Shown: in pieces, positions 37,205-47,923 of the stretch
Numbering within the stretch: position 1 is the stretch's first letter
Layout: every line of letters starts with the position of its first letter
DNA from: a virus
Lineage: Duplodnaviria > Caudoviricetes
Reading direction: 5' to 3' (one strand)
IMG/VR virus record: IMGVR_UViG_641509434_000001
Span: 1 to 64,000 of that record
Length of the DNA stretch: 64,000 nt
Notes under the pieces: model-generated
Told to the model about the DNA's origin: nothing
The model's input: the letters and a program-made list of their open reading frames with translations, nothing else
Database searches by the model: none
Program-made: the position numbers and the translations under genes

Positions 37205-40200
37205 ATGGCTAAAAACAACTATAAACCTTCTAGAGAAGATAAGTTTAATAGAGCAAGAAATGACTATAACTATGGAAATGGTTTTAATTCTAGAGGATTG
37301 GCTCCAGCCTACTTAGGTGCTGACAGTTTACCTCAAGCAGTATCTGATGTCCACTGGTCTGAACATGGCTTAGCTAAACGTATTGATGATCTAGAACTTG
37401 AAGTAAATGATATTAATATCAACATTAGTAATGACCAAATTAATGAAGATCAAGTAATCAATGACATTGGTCAACTTACTATTGGTGGTGGAGAAAGTCT
37501 TACTAACTACTCTGGCTACTTAACAAAAGTACTAACTACTCGTCCTCGTATCTTTGCTGATAGCTTTGAAGATGAAACATATATGCAAGCTAATGATAGA
37601 CTTCGTGGGTTTACTACAAACTATCAATGGATTGCTTACAATGAAGACAGCATCAATAGTAAAGGTAAACTTGACAAGCTAATTGACTATACTTTCATTA
37701 CTGATACTCATGTAGAAGACAAAAGTAATTCTCGTTATGTATATAAAGGTCAAATCAGACTTCCACAACTTGGAACAATGAAACGTATCTTTGTTACACA
37801 AATTGGAAACAACATTGTTGTACGTTACTTATTATCAAGCACAATTCCTAATGGAGATGTTGTAGGATATACAGGTACAATTGTACGTGAAGAATATGAC
37901 TTCAAAGGGAATCAAGTATCTAAAGCTAATGAGTCTATTGCTCATACTCCTTTAATTTTACTTGGTGCATTTAATGCAGATTCAAACGACGATTCAGACT
38001 ATATTCAATATATTTCTACAGACTACAAACTCATTCAAAACTATGATAGTAATGACTTAATCATTGGCCCATTGCCTTCTGATGTTATTGACATGATTGA
38101 CCCAGTTAATGAATTGGTATCTGACTCTAAAGTAGCATACATAATGACGTATGATAATAAAGGTCATTTAAAATTCCCACTTAAAGGTTTCACTCTTCTT
38201 GACGTTATCAAAGATGACATCTATAAAAAATCTGAAACTGACGAAGATTCTGATGAACCTATCATTGACAAAACAGGTAAAGCATCATTAGTAGAAGGCA
38301 AAGAGTATGCTAATCTTCATCGTAAGTTTGCTACTGTTGAGTTCACATTTGATTCTGAGCTTATGAAGAAATTTGTAAGCATCACTCCTCGTGTATCAAC
38401 TAAACGTCTTAAAGTAGATAAGTTTGACCAACAAATGTGGAATGAAGGTGGGTTCTATACTGAAGTATATGATTCTGAAGTAGATGATACTACTAAAGAT
38501 TATTTATACCCAGCAGCTTCTCACATCTTCTACATGGCTGATAGCTTGGCATGGCCTGATACTGATTGGTTTGCAGACACAATGTTTGAATACCACACAG
38601 ATTCACCATCTCCATTCTCGTTCTTCCGTGAACGTGACTATATGGAATTTTCAAAGATTACTTTCAACTCTGGTATGCGTAAAATCTATCCAGAAATTCA
38701 ACAAGACTTTGGAATTGGTGACGTGCCATTTACTATTGATTTTGACTGGTCTAAAGCAACAGAAGAAGTTACTGTTCACTTAGTAAAACCTTTCAAACTT
38801 ATGCGTTATTTGCGTGAAAAGGGAAATAATACATTAGTTGGAGGTAAAGCAGTAGCAGTAAATACTCGTCTTGGGTACACTGTAACTCAAAACTCTGATG
38901 CTGTAATTGATGCTGCTAATACTAACATCTTGGCAGTCTACAATAAATTGGACTTTGTAATGCCTGTACATAAAGAAGCACATAACTATGTATCATTACA
39001 ACCTAACTACAACAGCAATGCTTACTTACATCAGTTCGTAAGATATCAAGTTGTATCTCCAATGCCAAATGAAACTACAGGAAAATCTATCTTTGACAAT
39101 GCTGACTCAGTAACTCGTCTTACATATTTTGATACTCGTGGTTCTCAAACAATTGACTTAACAAGTCTTACTGGTGCATTTATAAACAACAGTAACTTCG
39201 ATGAACAGTTTGGAGATATTGTAGGTTCAGCTAATGCAGTGTCACCAGGAAGTACTAATGACTTCTTGTACAACTTGACTAACTCTCGTTTCATCTTTAC
39301 TTCAAATGATAAATACAAAGATCTACCATTTATGTACACAAGTGAAGGAGCTTATGGTAGTACTTTGAACCATACTTTCATGTTGACTAATAATCAAGAT
39401 AGTAAAGGTATGACTCAAATTCTTTGTGTAACAGAATCTAATGCAGACAATGTAGTATCAAGTTTGATGTTTAGACGTACAGTAAGAAAGTCAGGTAATG
39501 CTGTATCTGGAGTATCTGCATGGTTAGGTTCTGGTCACGTTCAATGGGTTCAAGAGTCTGGACTTACTACTCCTCCTTCTGGTAAAACAGGAAAAGACAT
39601 CTTCCAAGTAATGAATACTACTGGTATCTATCACTTGGCTGAAGAAGTAACTCCTGTCACAGCATTCCCTAATACATCTCCTTCGACAGGCAACACTAAC
39701 ATTGGTGATTGGGCTGGACAATATGTAGGAACTGCTCAACCTAAGCATGCAGTATTTGCAAATGCTAAAGATGTAAGATTTGAAGTATACAATGCTAAGG
39801 ATGGCTTACGCCATGTTATGCTTACAGTAACTGATGCATTAGGTAAGTCTATGACTTATCATAATGTGGCTAAAGCTACAGGTAAAACATCTGATGGTGT
39901 CAACCTTGATGCAACTGTAGACAATACTTCAGGTGGCTATACTTATGTATTAGACAAATGGTTGCCAGGAGCATATGTTGGTGATAATGACAACCCATTA
40001 CCACCAGACCTTAATGTTGGAGACAAGGATAACTGGGGCGAAATCGCGTTATCTGAATTGATACGGTCACGGAAACCAGAGGGGTATGATTCGGCGTATC
40101 CAGACCTGCCGGCTAGGCTAGATCAACAAATCGGTAAAACCACTGATTTTAGGTCTTTTGAACAGGACAAATCGTTTATGACTAGGGTTTATAATGAATC

Positions 40201-41518
40201 AGCAGAACGAGGAGTGAATGTCAAATGGTTTGGAGCTAAAGGAGACGGAATAGCTAATGATACTAATTCTATACAAAATGCTATAAATCACGTAAACTCA
40301 ATTGGCGGTGGGACTGTACTTATACCAATAGGCACGTACCTACATGATGGGTTGATTTCTTATACCGGCGTTTCTATTATTGGCGAAAGTTGGAAGAACA
40401 CCTTACTCAAAAATATTAGCATAGATACGGATAGTATTTCTATTCAAGGGTCTGGGTATTTGTGGCCGGAACAATACAAGATAGCTAACCTACACCTTAC
40501 ATCTGACATTGTCGTAAAAGATATGCGTAAGGGTATAAACAACTATATAAACAGATTTTTCCGATATGAAAATCTTAAAATAACCAATCATGGTACTGGA
40601 TTATATGAAAGAGGTTCGTGGTATTCAGAACACATTGGTATAAACATCTCAAATTGTGATATCGGTATAATGATTCCAGCATACTCTATCCCCGGAACGC
40701 CTAACAGTTTTACAGATTGCTCTATAATTTCTTGTCGTATAGGATTGTTAGTCGAACCAGGCGTGGATACCATTGTGTGGAGAGGTGGTCATATAGGCGG
40801 ATGCTCTGAAAAAGCAATTTACTTAGATAGTACCAAAAGTTATAATATGCGAAATCTCTCATTTGATTCGGTTAATATAGAAGGTAACTTAGGTTCGGAA
40901 GATGTTACGATCGGTTACGCTTCAGGTGATAAAACTAATGGCTATATTCATAACGTCATTTTTACTAACTGTCGTTTTGCTCAATGGAATGTTATACCAA
41001 ATAAAGTAGGAGTGGCGATAAATTATGGTTCTGAAATTATCACTCTGATAAATTGTTACTTTATCGGTTATACAACTTGTGTTGTTGACACCTCTACATT
41101 TGCAAATGGTCAAACGCTGATTGAAAACTGTGGTATGACTAACTCATCGAACGGGTTTAATCTTAGAGGTAACATCGGGGAATTTTCTTCTATAAACGGG
41201 CATTACCGGAAAAAGTATTTTTCATATCCAACGGCAATAGAAAATATTTCAAGTATTCTTACAGTTCACGACAATTCAGCGATACTGTTTGCGGAAAAAA
41301 ATGGTAATAATGTTAAAATCGGTTTGAGTATTACCTCAGAAATTCCAGCATTTTCTGACCTTGTTATTTTTTCTAATAATGCTTACATGAGAGCATTGGA
41401 TGTAGTTTTACCAGGTGGACAATATCCTTTATCTTCTTATTTTGCCTCCAAAAGAATAAAAAACAGAACTAAACTTCCGTCAGAAACATACTTGCTCATT
41501 GATTATTTTGTTAATTGA
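37205..41518 (+). CDS. tail fibre/spike with C-terminal pectate-lyase-like beta-helix (depolymerase)
   Basis: VNVKWFGAKGDGIANDTNSIQNAI...GGGTVLIPIGTY followed by beta-helix repeats. Confidence 0.8.
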   Translation: MAKNNYKPSREDKFNRARNDYNYGNGFNSRGLAPAYLGADSLPQAVSDVHWSEHGLAKRIDDLELEVNDININISNDQINEDQVINDIGQLTIGGGESLTNYSGYLTKVLTTRPRIFADSFEDETYMQANDRLRGFTTNYQWIAYNEDSINSKGKLDKLIDYTFITDTHVEDKSNSRYVYKGQIRLPQLGTMKRIFVTQIGNNIVVRYLLSSTIPNGDVVGYTGTIVREEYDFKGNQVSKANESIAHTPLILLGAFNADSNDDSDYIQYISTDYKLIQNYDSNDLIIGPLPSDVIDMIDPVNELVSDSKVAYIMTYDNKGHLKFPLKGFTLLDVIKDDIYKKSETDEDSDEPIIDKTGKASLVEGKEYANLHRKFATVEFTFDSELMKKFVSITPRVSTKRLKVDKFDQQMWNEGGFYTEVYDSEVDDTTKDYLYPAASHIFYMADSLAWPDTDWFADTMFEYHTDSPSPFSFFRERDYMEFSKITFNSGMRKIYPEIQQDFGIGDVPFTIDFDWSKATEEVTVHLVKPFKLMRYLREKGNNTLVGGKAVAVNTRLGYTVTQNSDAVIDAANTNILAVYNKLDFVMPVHKEAHNYVSLQPNYNSNAYLHQFVRYQVVSPMPNETTGKSIFDNADSVTRLTYFDTRGSQTIDLTSLTGAFINNSNFDEQFGDIVGSANAVSPGSTNDFLYNLTNSRFIFTSNDKYKDLPFMYTSEGAYGSTLNHTFMLTNNQDSKGMTQILCVTESNADNVVSSLMFRRTVRKSGNAVSGVSAWLGSGHVQWVQESGLTTPPSGKTGKDIFQVMNTTGIYHLAEEVTPVTAFPNTSPSTGNTNIGDWAGQYVGTAQPKHAVFANAKDVRFEVYNAKDGLRHVMLTVTDALGKSMTYHNVAKATGKTSDGVNLDATVDNTSGGYTYVLDKWLPGAYVGDNDNPLPPDLNVGDKDNWGEIALSELIRSRKPEGYDSAYPDLPARLDQQIGKTTDFRSFEQDKSFMTRVYNESAERGVNVKWFGAKGDGIANDTNSIQNAINHVNSIGGGTVLIPIGTYLHDGLISYTGVSIIGESWKNTLLKNISIDTDSISIQGSGYLWPEQYKIANLHLTSDIVVKDMRKGINNYINRFFRYENLKITNHGTGLYERGSWYSEHIGINISNCDIGIMIPAYSIPGTPNSFTDCSIISCRIGLLVEPGVDTIVWRGGHIGGCSEKAIYLDSTKSYNMRNLSFDSVNIEGNLGSEDVTIGYASGDKTNGYIHNVIFTNCRFAQWNVIPNKVGVAINYGSEIITLINCYFIGYTTCVVDTSTFANGQTLIENCGMTNSSNGFNLRGNIGEFSSINGHYRKKYFSYPTAIENISSILTVHDNSAILFAEKNGNNVKIGLSITSEIPAFSDLVIFSNNAYMRALDVVLPGGQYPLSSYFASKRIKNRTKLPSETYLLIDYFVN

Positions 41519-41587
41519 CTCATACTGTGTGGTAGATGAGCAAAATAAGACTATTTGGTTTTGGCTGAGCAAGTCAAAAATGCGTGA

Positions 41588-41698
41588 ATAGGGGTATCTC
41601 CAATGGTTGGATCAACAGCTGCATTCATTAGACTTCGTGCTAATGTTGCAATCACATCAGGTTCTGCATTTGGATGCTCATTCAGAGTTCCAATATAA
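41588..41698 (+). pseudogene. orphan 3' end of an ancestral tail-fibre gene
   Basis: Open 36 codons IGVSPMVGSTAAFIRLRANVAITSGSAFGCSFRVPI* in phage-like codons, without RBS. Confidence 0.4.
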
Positions 41699-41725
41699 CC
41701 AATAGTTTAGGAGAAGATGAAAGTA

Positions 41726-41775
41726 TATGAGAATACGAGATAGAGTATTGTCATACTGGTTTTGGGATGTATCTT
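41726..41775 (+). repeat. 50-bp direct repeat, left copy
   Basis: tatgagaatacgagatagagtattgtcatactggttttgggatgtatctt, identical to 45720..45769. Confidence 0.9.
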
Positions 41776-41847
41776 TACAAATGCCATGGGAAAACATTCA
41801 CTTTAAGAATACAAGAGATTATATCAAATTTTTAGAAAGGATATATT

Positions 41848-42749
41848 ATGACAGATCATTTTATAACGCTGTCCACAACAGAGCTAATTAGCAATGCCGG
41901 TATTGTTAAATTGAGACATGCTGACGTGAATAGTCAAAACATTGTTGCTCAAATCGTAGAGAACGGTCAGCCTAAAAATTTTGAGGGCTTACAACCGTTC
42001 TTTTGTTTAATGGCGCAAGAAGTCACAGGACAAGGGGTAACAGAAGAAAGTGTCAGATCTTTTGATGCCAAAAAAGGAACATTGACCTATACCCCAAGCG
42101 ATAATGCCTTACAATTTGTTGGACGAAATGAAGCATATTTTAGCTTTAGAAGTCAAGTTGGCGATCAATGGGTGGAGCAATTTTCAACTCGAACTTTCCA
42201 TTATATCGTAGAGAAATCTATTTACTCACAACCTTTCAAAGACTCTAATTACTGGTGGACATTCAAAGAACTTTATCGAATTTTTAATCAGTATATTAAA
42301 GATGGTAAAAAGAGCTGGGAAGAGTTCGTGAAATCAACACGTGAAATTCTTGAATCGATTGACCCAGGTGGAGCTCTCTTAGCTAAAGTAATTGATGTTA
42401 AAAAATTGTTAATGAAAAAGTTCCAGCTGGTTTCAAGTTTGTTATAGAACATGATTCTGAATATCAACCAGAAGTTAAAGTAACTTCATACAAAAATGCA
42501 ATTGGCACTGAAACTGATGGGTTTGGTACAGGTCCAAGTTTTGGTGGAGAAACAATCTACAATGTGCCCATTAGGTTGAGCTATGACCCACAAAAAGTCT
42601 ATGTAGAAATGCCTATATCGTACCAACTTGCTGGGGAAGTTACCATTCCAGTTGATAATACTTTATTAATTATCAACGGTCCACAAGTCTTATGCTTTAA
42701 TATGACAGGGGCAAAAATTACAAAAGGATATCTATTTGAAAATCAATAG
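41848..42749 (+). pseudogene. bppU: upper baseplate protein BppU, copy 1, frameshifted
   Basis: Near-identical to copy 2; A6 at 42400-42405 versus A7 at 43909-43915. Confidence 0.85.
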
Positions 42750-42764
42750 AAATAGGAGAATAAA

Positions 42765-43271
42765 ATGGCTAATATTAAAAAAATCTATCGTGGAATGCAA
42801 AACGGAGCAGAAACGATTAATGAGAATTTGGAAGCAATCAACGCTGAATTAATTAGTGGTGGAAATGTAGTTCATAAAACTGGTGACGAGTCAGTTGGCG
42901 GTAAAAAAACATTTACCGATGATATGACAGTGAAAAATATATCTGCCAGTGGTTCACTTACTTCTAAAATTGTTTCTACAAAAATGGATTCACCAGCAAT
43001 CAAGCATACCTTTATAAGAACAGGGAATACGGTTACACTTACTACAGAAACCAAATCAGGTATTGCTCAAACTACCGCTTATTCTATTCCATCTGGGTAT
43101 AGACCGTTCAATGATGGCACGAACCCTATTTATGAGCAGGTATTATCCGGTGGGAAAAGTGCAATCATTCGTTCTTCCAACGCAAAATGGCAACCTCGTA
43201 AATCTGCAGGATTAGATGGGAATTTATTTGGAACGACTAGTTGGCCGACAAACGATAGTTTCCCAGGTTAA
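42765..43271 (+). CDS. bppL: receptor-binding protein BppL-like, copy 1
   Basis: MANIKKIYRGMQNGAETINENLEAINAEL.SGGNVVHKTGDE matches the TP901-1 BppL N-terminus. Confidence 0.85.
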   Translation: MANIKKIYRGMQNGAETINENLEAINAELISGGNVVHKTGDESVGGKKTFTDDMTVKNISASGSLTSKIVSTKMDSPAIKHTFIRTGNTVTLTTETKSGIAQTTAYSIPSGYRPFNDGTNPIYEQVLSGGKSAIIRSSNAKWQPRKSAGLDGNLFGTTSWPTNDSFPG

Positions 43272-43356
43272 AAGAAATGAAACAAATTGGAGTATCAATT
43301 ATTAGAAAGTAGGGGTCTATGAAATTAAACAGCTCGTATTTTAGAAAGGATCTATT

Positions 43357-44256
43357 ATGACAGATCATTTTATAACGCTGTCTACCACAGAGCTAATTAA
43401 CAATGATTCTATTATTAAATTGAGACATGCTGACGTGAATAGTCAAGCCATTGTTGCTCAAATCGTAGAGAACGGTCAGCCCAAGAACTTTGAGGGCTTA
43501 CAGCCATACTTTTGTTTAATGGCAAAAGAAACCACAGGGCAAGGGGTAACAGAAGAAAGTATCGTATCTTTTGATGCCAAAAAAGGAACATTGACCTATA
43601 CCCCAAGCGATAATGCCTTGCAATTTGTTGGACGAAATGAAGCATATTTTAGCTTTAGAAGTCAAGTTGGCGATCAATGGGTGGAGCAATTTTCAACTCG
43701 AACTTTTCACTATATTGTGGAAAAATCTATATATTCTCAACCATTTAAAGATTCTAACTACTGGTGGACCTTTAAAGAGCTTTATCGAATCTTTAATCAG
43801 TATATTAAAGATGGTAAAAAGAGCTGGGAAGAGTTCGTGAAATCAACACGTGAAATTCTTGAATCGATTGACCCAGGTGGAGCTCTCTTAGCTAAAGTAA
43901 TTGATATTAAAAAAATTGTTAATGAAAAAGTCCCAGCTGGTTTCAAGTTTGTTTTAGAACATGATTCTGAATATCAACCAGAAGTTAAAGTAACTTCATA
44001 CAAAAATGCAATTGGCACTGAAACTGATGGATTTGGTACAGGTCCAAGTTTTGGTGGAGAAACAATCTACAATGTGCCCATTAGGTTGAGCTATGACCTA
44101 CAAAAAGTCTATGTAGAAATGCCTATATCGTACCAACTTGCTGGGGAAGTTACCATTACAGTTGATAATACTTTATTAATTATCAACGGTCCACAAGTCT
44201 TATGCTTTAATATGACAGGGGCAAAAATTACAAAAGGGTATGCTTTTGTAAAATAA
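43357..44256 (+). CDS. bppU: upper baseplate protein BppU, copy 2 (intact, 299 aa)
   Basis: MTDHFITLSTTE...KLRHADVNSQAIVAQIVENGQPKNFEGLQP, as in TP901-1 BppU. Confidence 0.9.
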   Translation: MTDHFITLSTTELINNDSIIKLRHADVNSQAIVAQIVENGQPKNFEGLQPYFCLMAKETTGQGVTEESIVSFDAKKGTLTYTPSDNALQFVGRNEAYFSFRSQVGDQWVEQFSTRTFHYIVEKSIYSQPFKDSNYWWTFKELYRIFNQYIKDGKKSWEEFVKSTREILESIDPGGALLAKVIDIKKIVNEKVPAGFKFVLEHDSEYQPEVKVTSYKNAIGTETDGFGTGPSFGGETIYNVPIRLSYDLQKVYVEMPISYQLAGEVTITVDNTLLIINGPQVLCFNMTGAKITKGYAFVK

Positions 44257-44273
44257 TGAGAAGGAGAAATTAA

Positions 44274-45632
44274 ATGGCTGAATTAACTAAAATTTATGAA
44301 GGAATAGATAATGGAGTTCAAATAACCGATGATAATTTTGGAAAAATTAATGCAGAGTTAACTTCGGGCGGAAATGTTGTTCATAAAACTGGTGACGAAT
44401 CAATTGGAGGAAGAAAAACATTTACCACTGATATGACAGTGAAAAATATATCTGCCAGTGGTTCGCTTAGTTCTAAAATTGTTTCTAGAAAAATGGACAC
44501 ACCAGCAATCAAGCATACCTTTATAAGAACAGGGAATATGGTTACACTTACTACAGAAACCAAATCAGGTATTGCTCAAACTACCGCTTATTCTATTCCA
44601 TCTGGGTATAGACCGTTCAATGATGGCACGAACCCTATTTATGAGCAGGTATTATCCGGTGGGAAAAGTGCAATCATTCGTTCTTCCAACGCAAAATGGC
44701 AACCTCGTGAATCTGCAGGATTAGATGGGAATTTATTTGGAACGATTAGATGGCCGACAAAAGATAGTTTCCCAGATAAATTTCCAATTAATCGGTATAA
44801 ACTGTATGTTGGTCAAGATGGAGCAAAAGTAGGTAACGAATATTGGTTATTTGGTGGGTCATCACCAGACCATAACTCAACAGATTACATCCACAGGATT
44901 AATCCCACAGATTTTAGCGAGATTGGTTTAATCAAGCACAATCTTGGACATGCAAACGGCGTTGATTATCGCAATAATGCATTACTTGTCTATAATGGTA
45001 GTGCATTTCCACCAGAGATTAATTTATATAAAAACCCAGATAATACAAAGACTGAGTTAAAAATACAGGATTCTGCAAACACTCAGATTATATTTAAAGA
45101 AAGTAACAAGCTACTTCCTGGTGATGGATCTGCATGTTTTGGCATTGATAGAACGATTGTTTATTATGCTTATTCTACTGGCGGAACACAAATGGTAATA
45201 TTAAAAATTTTACTAGGTCTTGGCAACAATGATTTATCTGATAAAACTATCGATAAGTCTGATAACCAACATTGGGGTAGTTTTGTAAGCGGCAAAAGCA
45301 GTGATGATTATAATGGCACTGCTCAAATAATTGCGTCTTATACTGGTGACATTTCAGGGAATAATCAGCCTCAAGGAATGGCGTTTGACGGCGATTTATA
45401 TTTAGGCATATCTATTCAGGATCCAAAAGCTTATCAACTACAACTGTTTGATGAGGGTATATTTAAAGTCGTAGACATTTATAATGCAGAAATGACTGAT
45501 AGTGGAAATAATGTTATTCCTTTAGAACCAGAAATTACACTTATAGATCCGACAAGACGACGCTTATTTATCGGCTCAACTGGTGGAGATAATAATAGTC
45601 TATCAAACTTAGCCGAATTTACTTTAGATTAA
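44274..45632 (+). CDS. BppL-like RBP, copy 2, with C-terminal beta-propeller-like extension
   Basis: First ~168 aa paralogous to 42765..43271, then GHANGVDY, QPQGMAFD, LEPE. Confidence 0.75.
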   Translation: MAELTKIYEGIDNGVQITDDNFGKINAELTSGGNVVHKTGDESIGGRKTFTTDMTVKNISASGSLSSKIVSRKMDTPAIKHTFIRTGNMVTLTTETKSGIAQTTAYSIPSGYRPFNDGTNPIYEQVLSGGKSAIIRSSNAKWQPRESAGLDGNLFGTIRWPTKDSFPDKFPINRYKLYVGQDGAKVGNEYWLFGGSSPDHNSTDYIHRINPTDFSEIGLIKHNLGHANGVDYRNNALLVYNGSAFPPEINLYKNPDNTKTELKIQDSANTQIIFKESNKLLPGDGSACFGIDRTIVYYAYSTGGTQMVILKILLGLGNNDLSDKTIDKSDNQHWGSFVSGKSSDDYNGTAQIIASYTGDISGNNQPQGMAFDGDLYLGISIQDPKAYQLQLFDEGIFKVVDIYNAEMTDSGNNVIPLEPEITLIDPTRRRLFIGSTGGDNNSLSNLAEFTLD

Positions 45633-45719
45633 AGGCACTTTTAACAGCACTTTATGAATAACGCATTTAATTTAACTTAGTAGACTTTATATCTACTAAA
45701 CAAATATAGGAGAAATAAC

Positions 45720-45769
45720 TATGAGAATACGAGATAGAGTATTGTCATACTGGTTTTGGGATGTATCTT
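45720..45769 (+). repeat. 50-bp direct repeat, right copy
   Basis: Identical to 41726..41775; covers the start of the next gene. Confidence 0.9.
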
Positions 45770-46118
45770 CACTATCTACAGTGGCTGTTATCACTGTCAT
45801 ATTTACTCAGTTCAATGACCCATTAGTTCATCTGGATCCTCGGGCTTCTGTTATGACATCAGTACCATTTTATATACTTGCAGTATCAACTGGAGTGTTT
45901 ACATCGTGTATATTCACTTTCACACTACCTGGAAGTCATCAAAGGCAAAACATGTAGCAGTAATGATGCTTTCGGCTCTGTGGTCACTAATAGCATTTTC
46001 GTTAGTAACTTCAGACTTGCCAATCATAACTGTTAGAATGGTTATGTGTAGTTTGATGTGGATAGATATACTCTTCCACGCATGGATAGAACCAATTAGA
46101 CGTGGAGGGGTCTTATGA
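45721..46118 (+). pseudogene. multi-TM membrane protein (holin-region), split by an apparent frameshift near 45900-45920
   Basis: Two overlapping hydrophobic ORFs (45721..45957, 45906..46118); only the first has a clear RBS. Confidence 0.45.
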
Positions 46119-46474
46119 CAATAGATGATAATACAAAAGCTGTTATCCAAATACTTATAGGTACAGCAGGTGGATGGCTTGCTTCATGGCTAACATATAG
46201 GGGCAAACGTGGTGATAACAACAAAGATCTAATGACTACAGCCAATGAGAAGTGGTTAGATCGTATAGATGATTTAGAGGAAAAATTTGACAAAGTAGTT
46301 TCAGATAATGCTGAGATAACAAAACAATTGTCTGAGACCTTATTTGAGAATAGCAATCTTAGATCTAAGATTACAGAGCTAAACTCTGAAATCACAGGTC
46401 TTAGAGAAGACCTTGCTAGCTTAAGGACTGAGATGAAAGACGAAAGTTCAAGAAAGGACTATAATGACAATTAA
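46115..46474 (+). CDS. TM + coiled-coil lysis-module protein
   Basis: N-terminal hydrophobic helix followed by heptad repeats. Confidence 0.65.
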   Translation: MTIDDNTKAVIQILIGTAGGWLASWLTYRGKRGDNNKDLMTTANEKWLDRIDDLEEKFDKVVSDNAEITKQLSETLFENSNLRSKITELNSEITGLREDLASLRTEMKDESSRKDYNDN

Positions 46475-46802
46475 TCAAATCATGGAATTAATTCCAAAAA
46501 TTCTTGACACATTAGTATTAATAGGTGTTGCATCTGGGGTGTCTATCCCATTGATTCAAAACCTACTAGCTAGTGTTAAGTCAAAGAAAATTAAACAAGT
46601 AGCTGACTGGGCACTTGAAACAGTTAAATGGGCAGATGTAAATTTCTCTCATTTAGAAGGTGCTGATAGACGTGCTAAAGCTATTGAAGAACTTGGTGGT
46701 ATTATTAATAATACTTCCCAAAAATTCAATATGTCTACTACAGACATCGAACGTAAAATTGATGCTGCATACAAAGACTATAAAGGTTCAAACTTAGATT
46801 AA
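46464..46802 (+). CDS. holin (LL-H-like)
   Basis: Single TM, A...V..AD....G..R..KA...IDAAY pattern; precedes the endolysin. Confidence 0.7.
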   Translation: MTINQIMELIPKILDTLVLIGVASGVSIPLIQNLLASVKSKKIKQVADWALETVKWADVNFSHLEGADRRAKAIEELGGIINNTSQKFNMSTTDIERKIDAAYKDYKGSNLD

Positions 46803-46814
46803 GGAGAATAAATA

Positions 46815-47858
46815 ATGGTTGTATATGACAAAACATTTCAATTAGGAGCAGGCCAAGGAGCATCAGGTCAAGCTTCAAGACAATACATTATCATTCATGA
46901 TACTGCAAATGATGATAACCAAGGAAGTAACTCTGCTTATAATGAAGCAAGTTTCATGCACAATAACTGGCAAAATGCATACACACATGCTATTGCTGGT
47001 TGGGATAAAGTATATATTGTAGGGGAACCTGGATATATTGCTTATGGTGCAGGTAGTCCAGCTAATGAACGCTCACCATTCCAAATCGAGTTGGCACACT
47101 ACAGTGACCCAACAAAACAAAAACAATCTTATGCTAACTACATTAATGCTGTACGTGAGTATGCTAAGATCTTCAATATCCCACTTGCTCTTGATGGAGC
47201 AGGTAATGGTATCAAGTCTCATAAATGGGTATCTGATAACCTTTGGGGAGACCACCAAGATCCTTATGGCTACTTGGCTCGTATTGGTATTTCTAAAGCA
47301 CAGTTGGCTGCTGACTTGGCTAATGGTGTAGGCTCAGATGCTGGTTCAACTCCAGCTCCAACACCTACTCCAACACCAACTCCAACACCAACTCCAAGCA
47401 AACCTGCTCAAAAGGTACCAACTAATGTAGTATATGGATTGCACCAAAAAGGTGGAGGTTGGCTAGGAGAAATCACTAACTTCAACAACAGCGAATCTAA
47501 TGGGTTTGCTGGGTTGCCAAGTCATCAACATGACTTGCTCTATATGCGAGTAACTAATGGTGCATTGAAATACCGAGTACATACTATCGAAGATGGTTGG
47601 CTCGGTTGGGTAACAAATGGTAATAAGAATGATACTGTTAATGGATGTGCTGGTATTTCTGGTCACACTATTGATGGCGTACAAGCTTATTTCTACACAC
47701 CTAGCGGTGAAGTATATCAACAAGCTCATTATCGGTCACAAACGGCTAAACGTTCAGGTTGGTTAGCTCCAGTAGTTGACGATTCAGACTTTGCAGGTAT
47801 CTTTGGAGAACCTTTAGATAGATTGCAAGTAGCAATTAGTAATATAAACCCATTCTAA
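46815..47858 (+). CDS. endolysin, N-acetylmuramoyl-L-alanine amidase (Amidase_2)
   Basis: [18 protein letters not shown]...DHQDP; (PT)n linker; C-terminal binding domain. Confidence 0.9.
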   Translation: MVVYDKTFQLGAGQGASGQASRQYIIIHDTANDDNQGSNSAYNEASFMHNNWQNAYTHAIAGWDKVYIVGEPGYIAYGAGSPANERSPFQIELAHYSDPTKQKQSYANYINAVREYAKIFNIPLALDGAGNGIKSHKWVSDNLWGDHQDPYGYLARIGISKAQLAADLANGVGSDAGSTPAPTPTPTPTPTPTPSKPAQKVPTNVVYGLHQKGGGWLGEITNFNNSESNGFAGLPSHQHDLLYMRVTNGALKYRVHTIEDGWLGWVTNGNKNDTVNGCAGISGHTIDGVQAYFYTPSGEVYQQAHYRSQTAKRSGWLAPVVDDSDFAGIFGEPLDRLQVAISNINPF

Positions 47859-47868
47859 ATGGTAAATT

Positions 47869-47895
47869 AAGCATGCCTTCGGGTGTGCTTTTTTT
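47869..47895 (+). terminator. intrinsic terminator
   Basis: aagcatgcc-TTCG-ggtgtgctt followed by a T run. Confidence 0.9.
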
Positions 47896-47896
47896 C

Positions 47897-47923
47897 GAGA
47901 TACAATAGTTACTAATACTATAA
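47897..47923 (+). promoter_or_regulatory. phage RNAP promoter (27-bp family)
   Basis: gagatacaatagttactaatactataa, directly after the terminator. Confidence 0.75.

Noticed and set aside
47349-47398. Tandem ccaaca/actcca repeats
   Set aside because: They encode an ordinary Pro-Thr linker of the endolysin.
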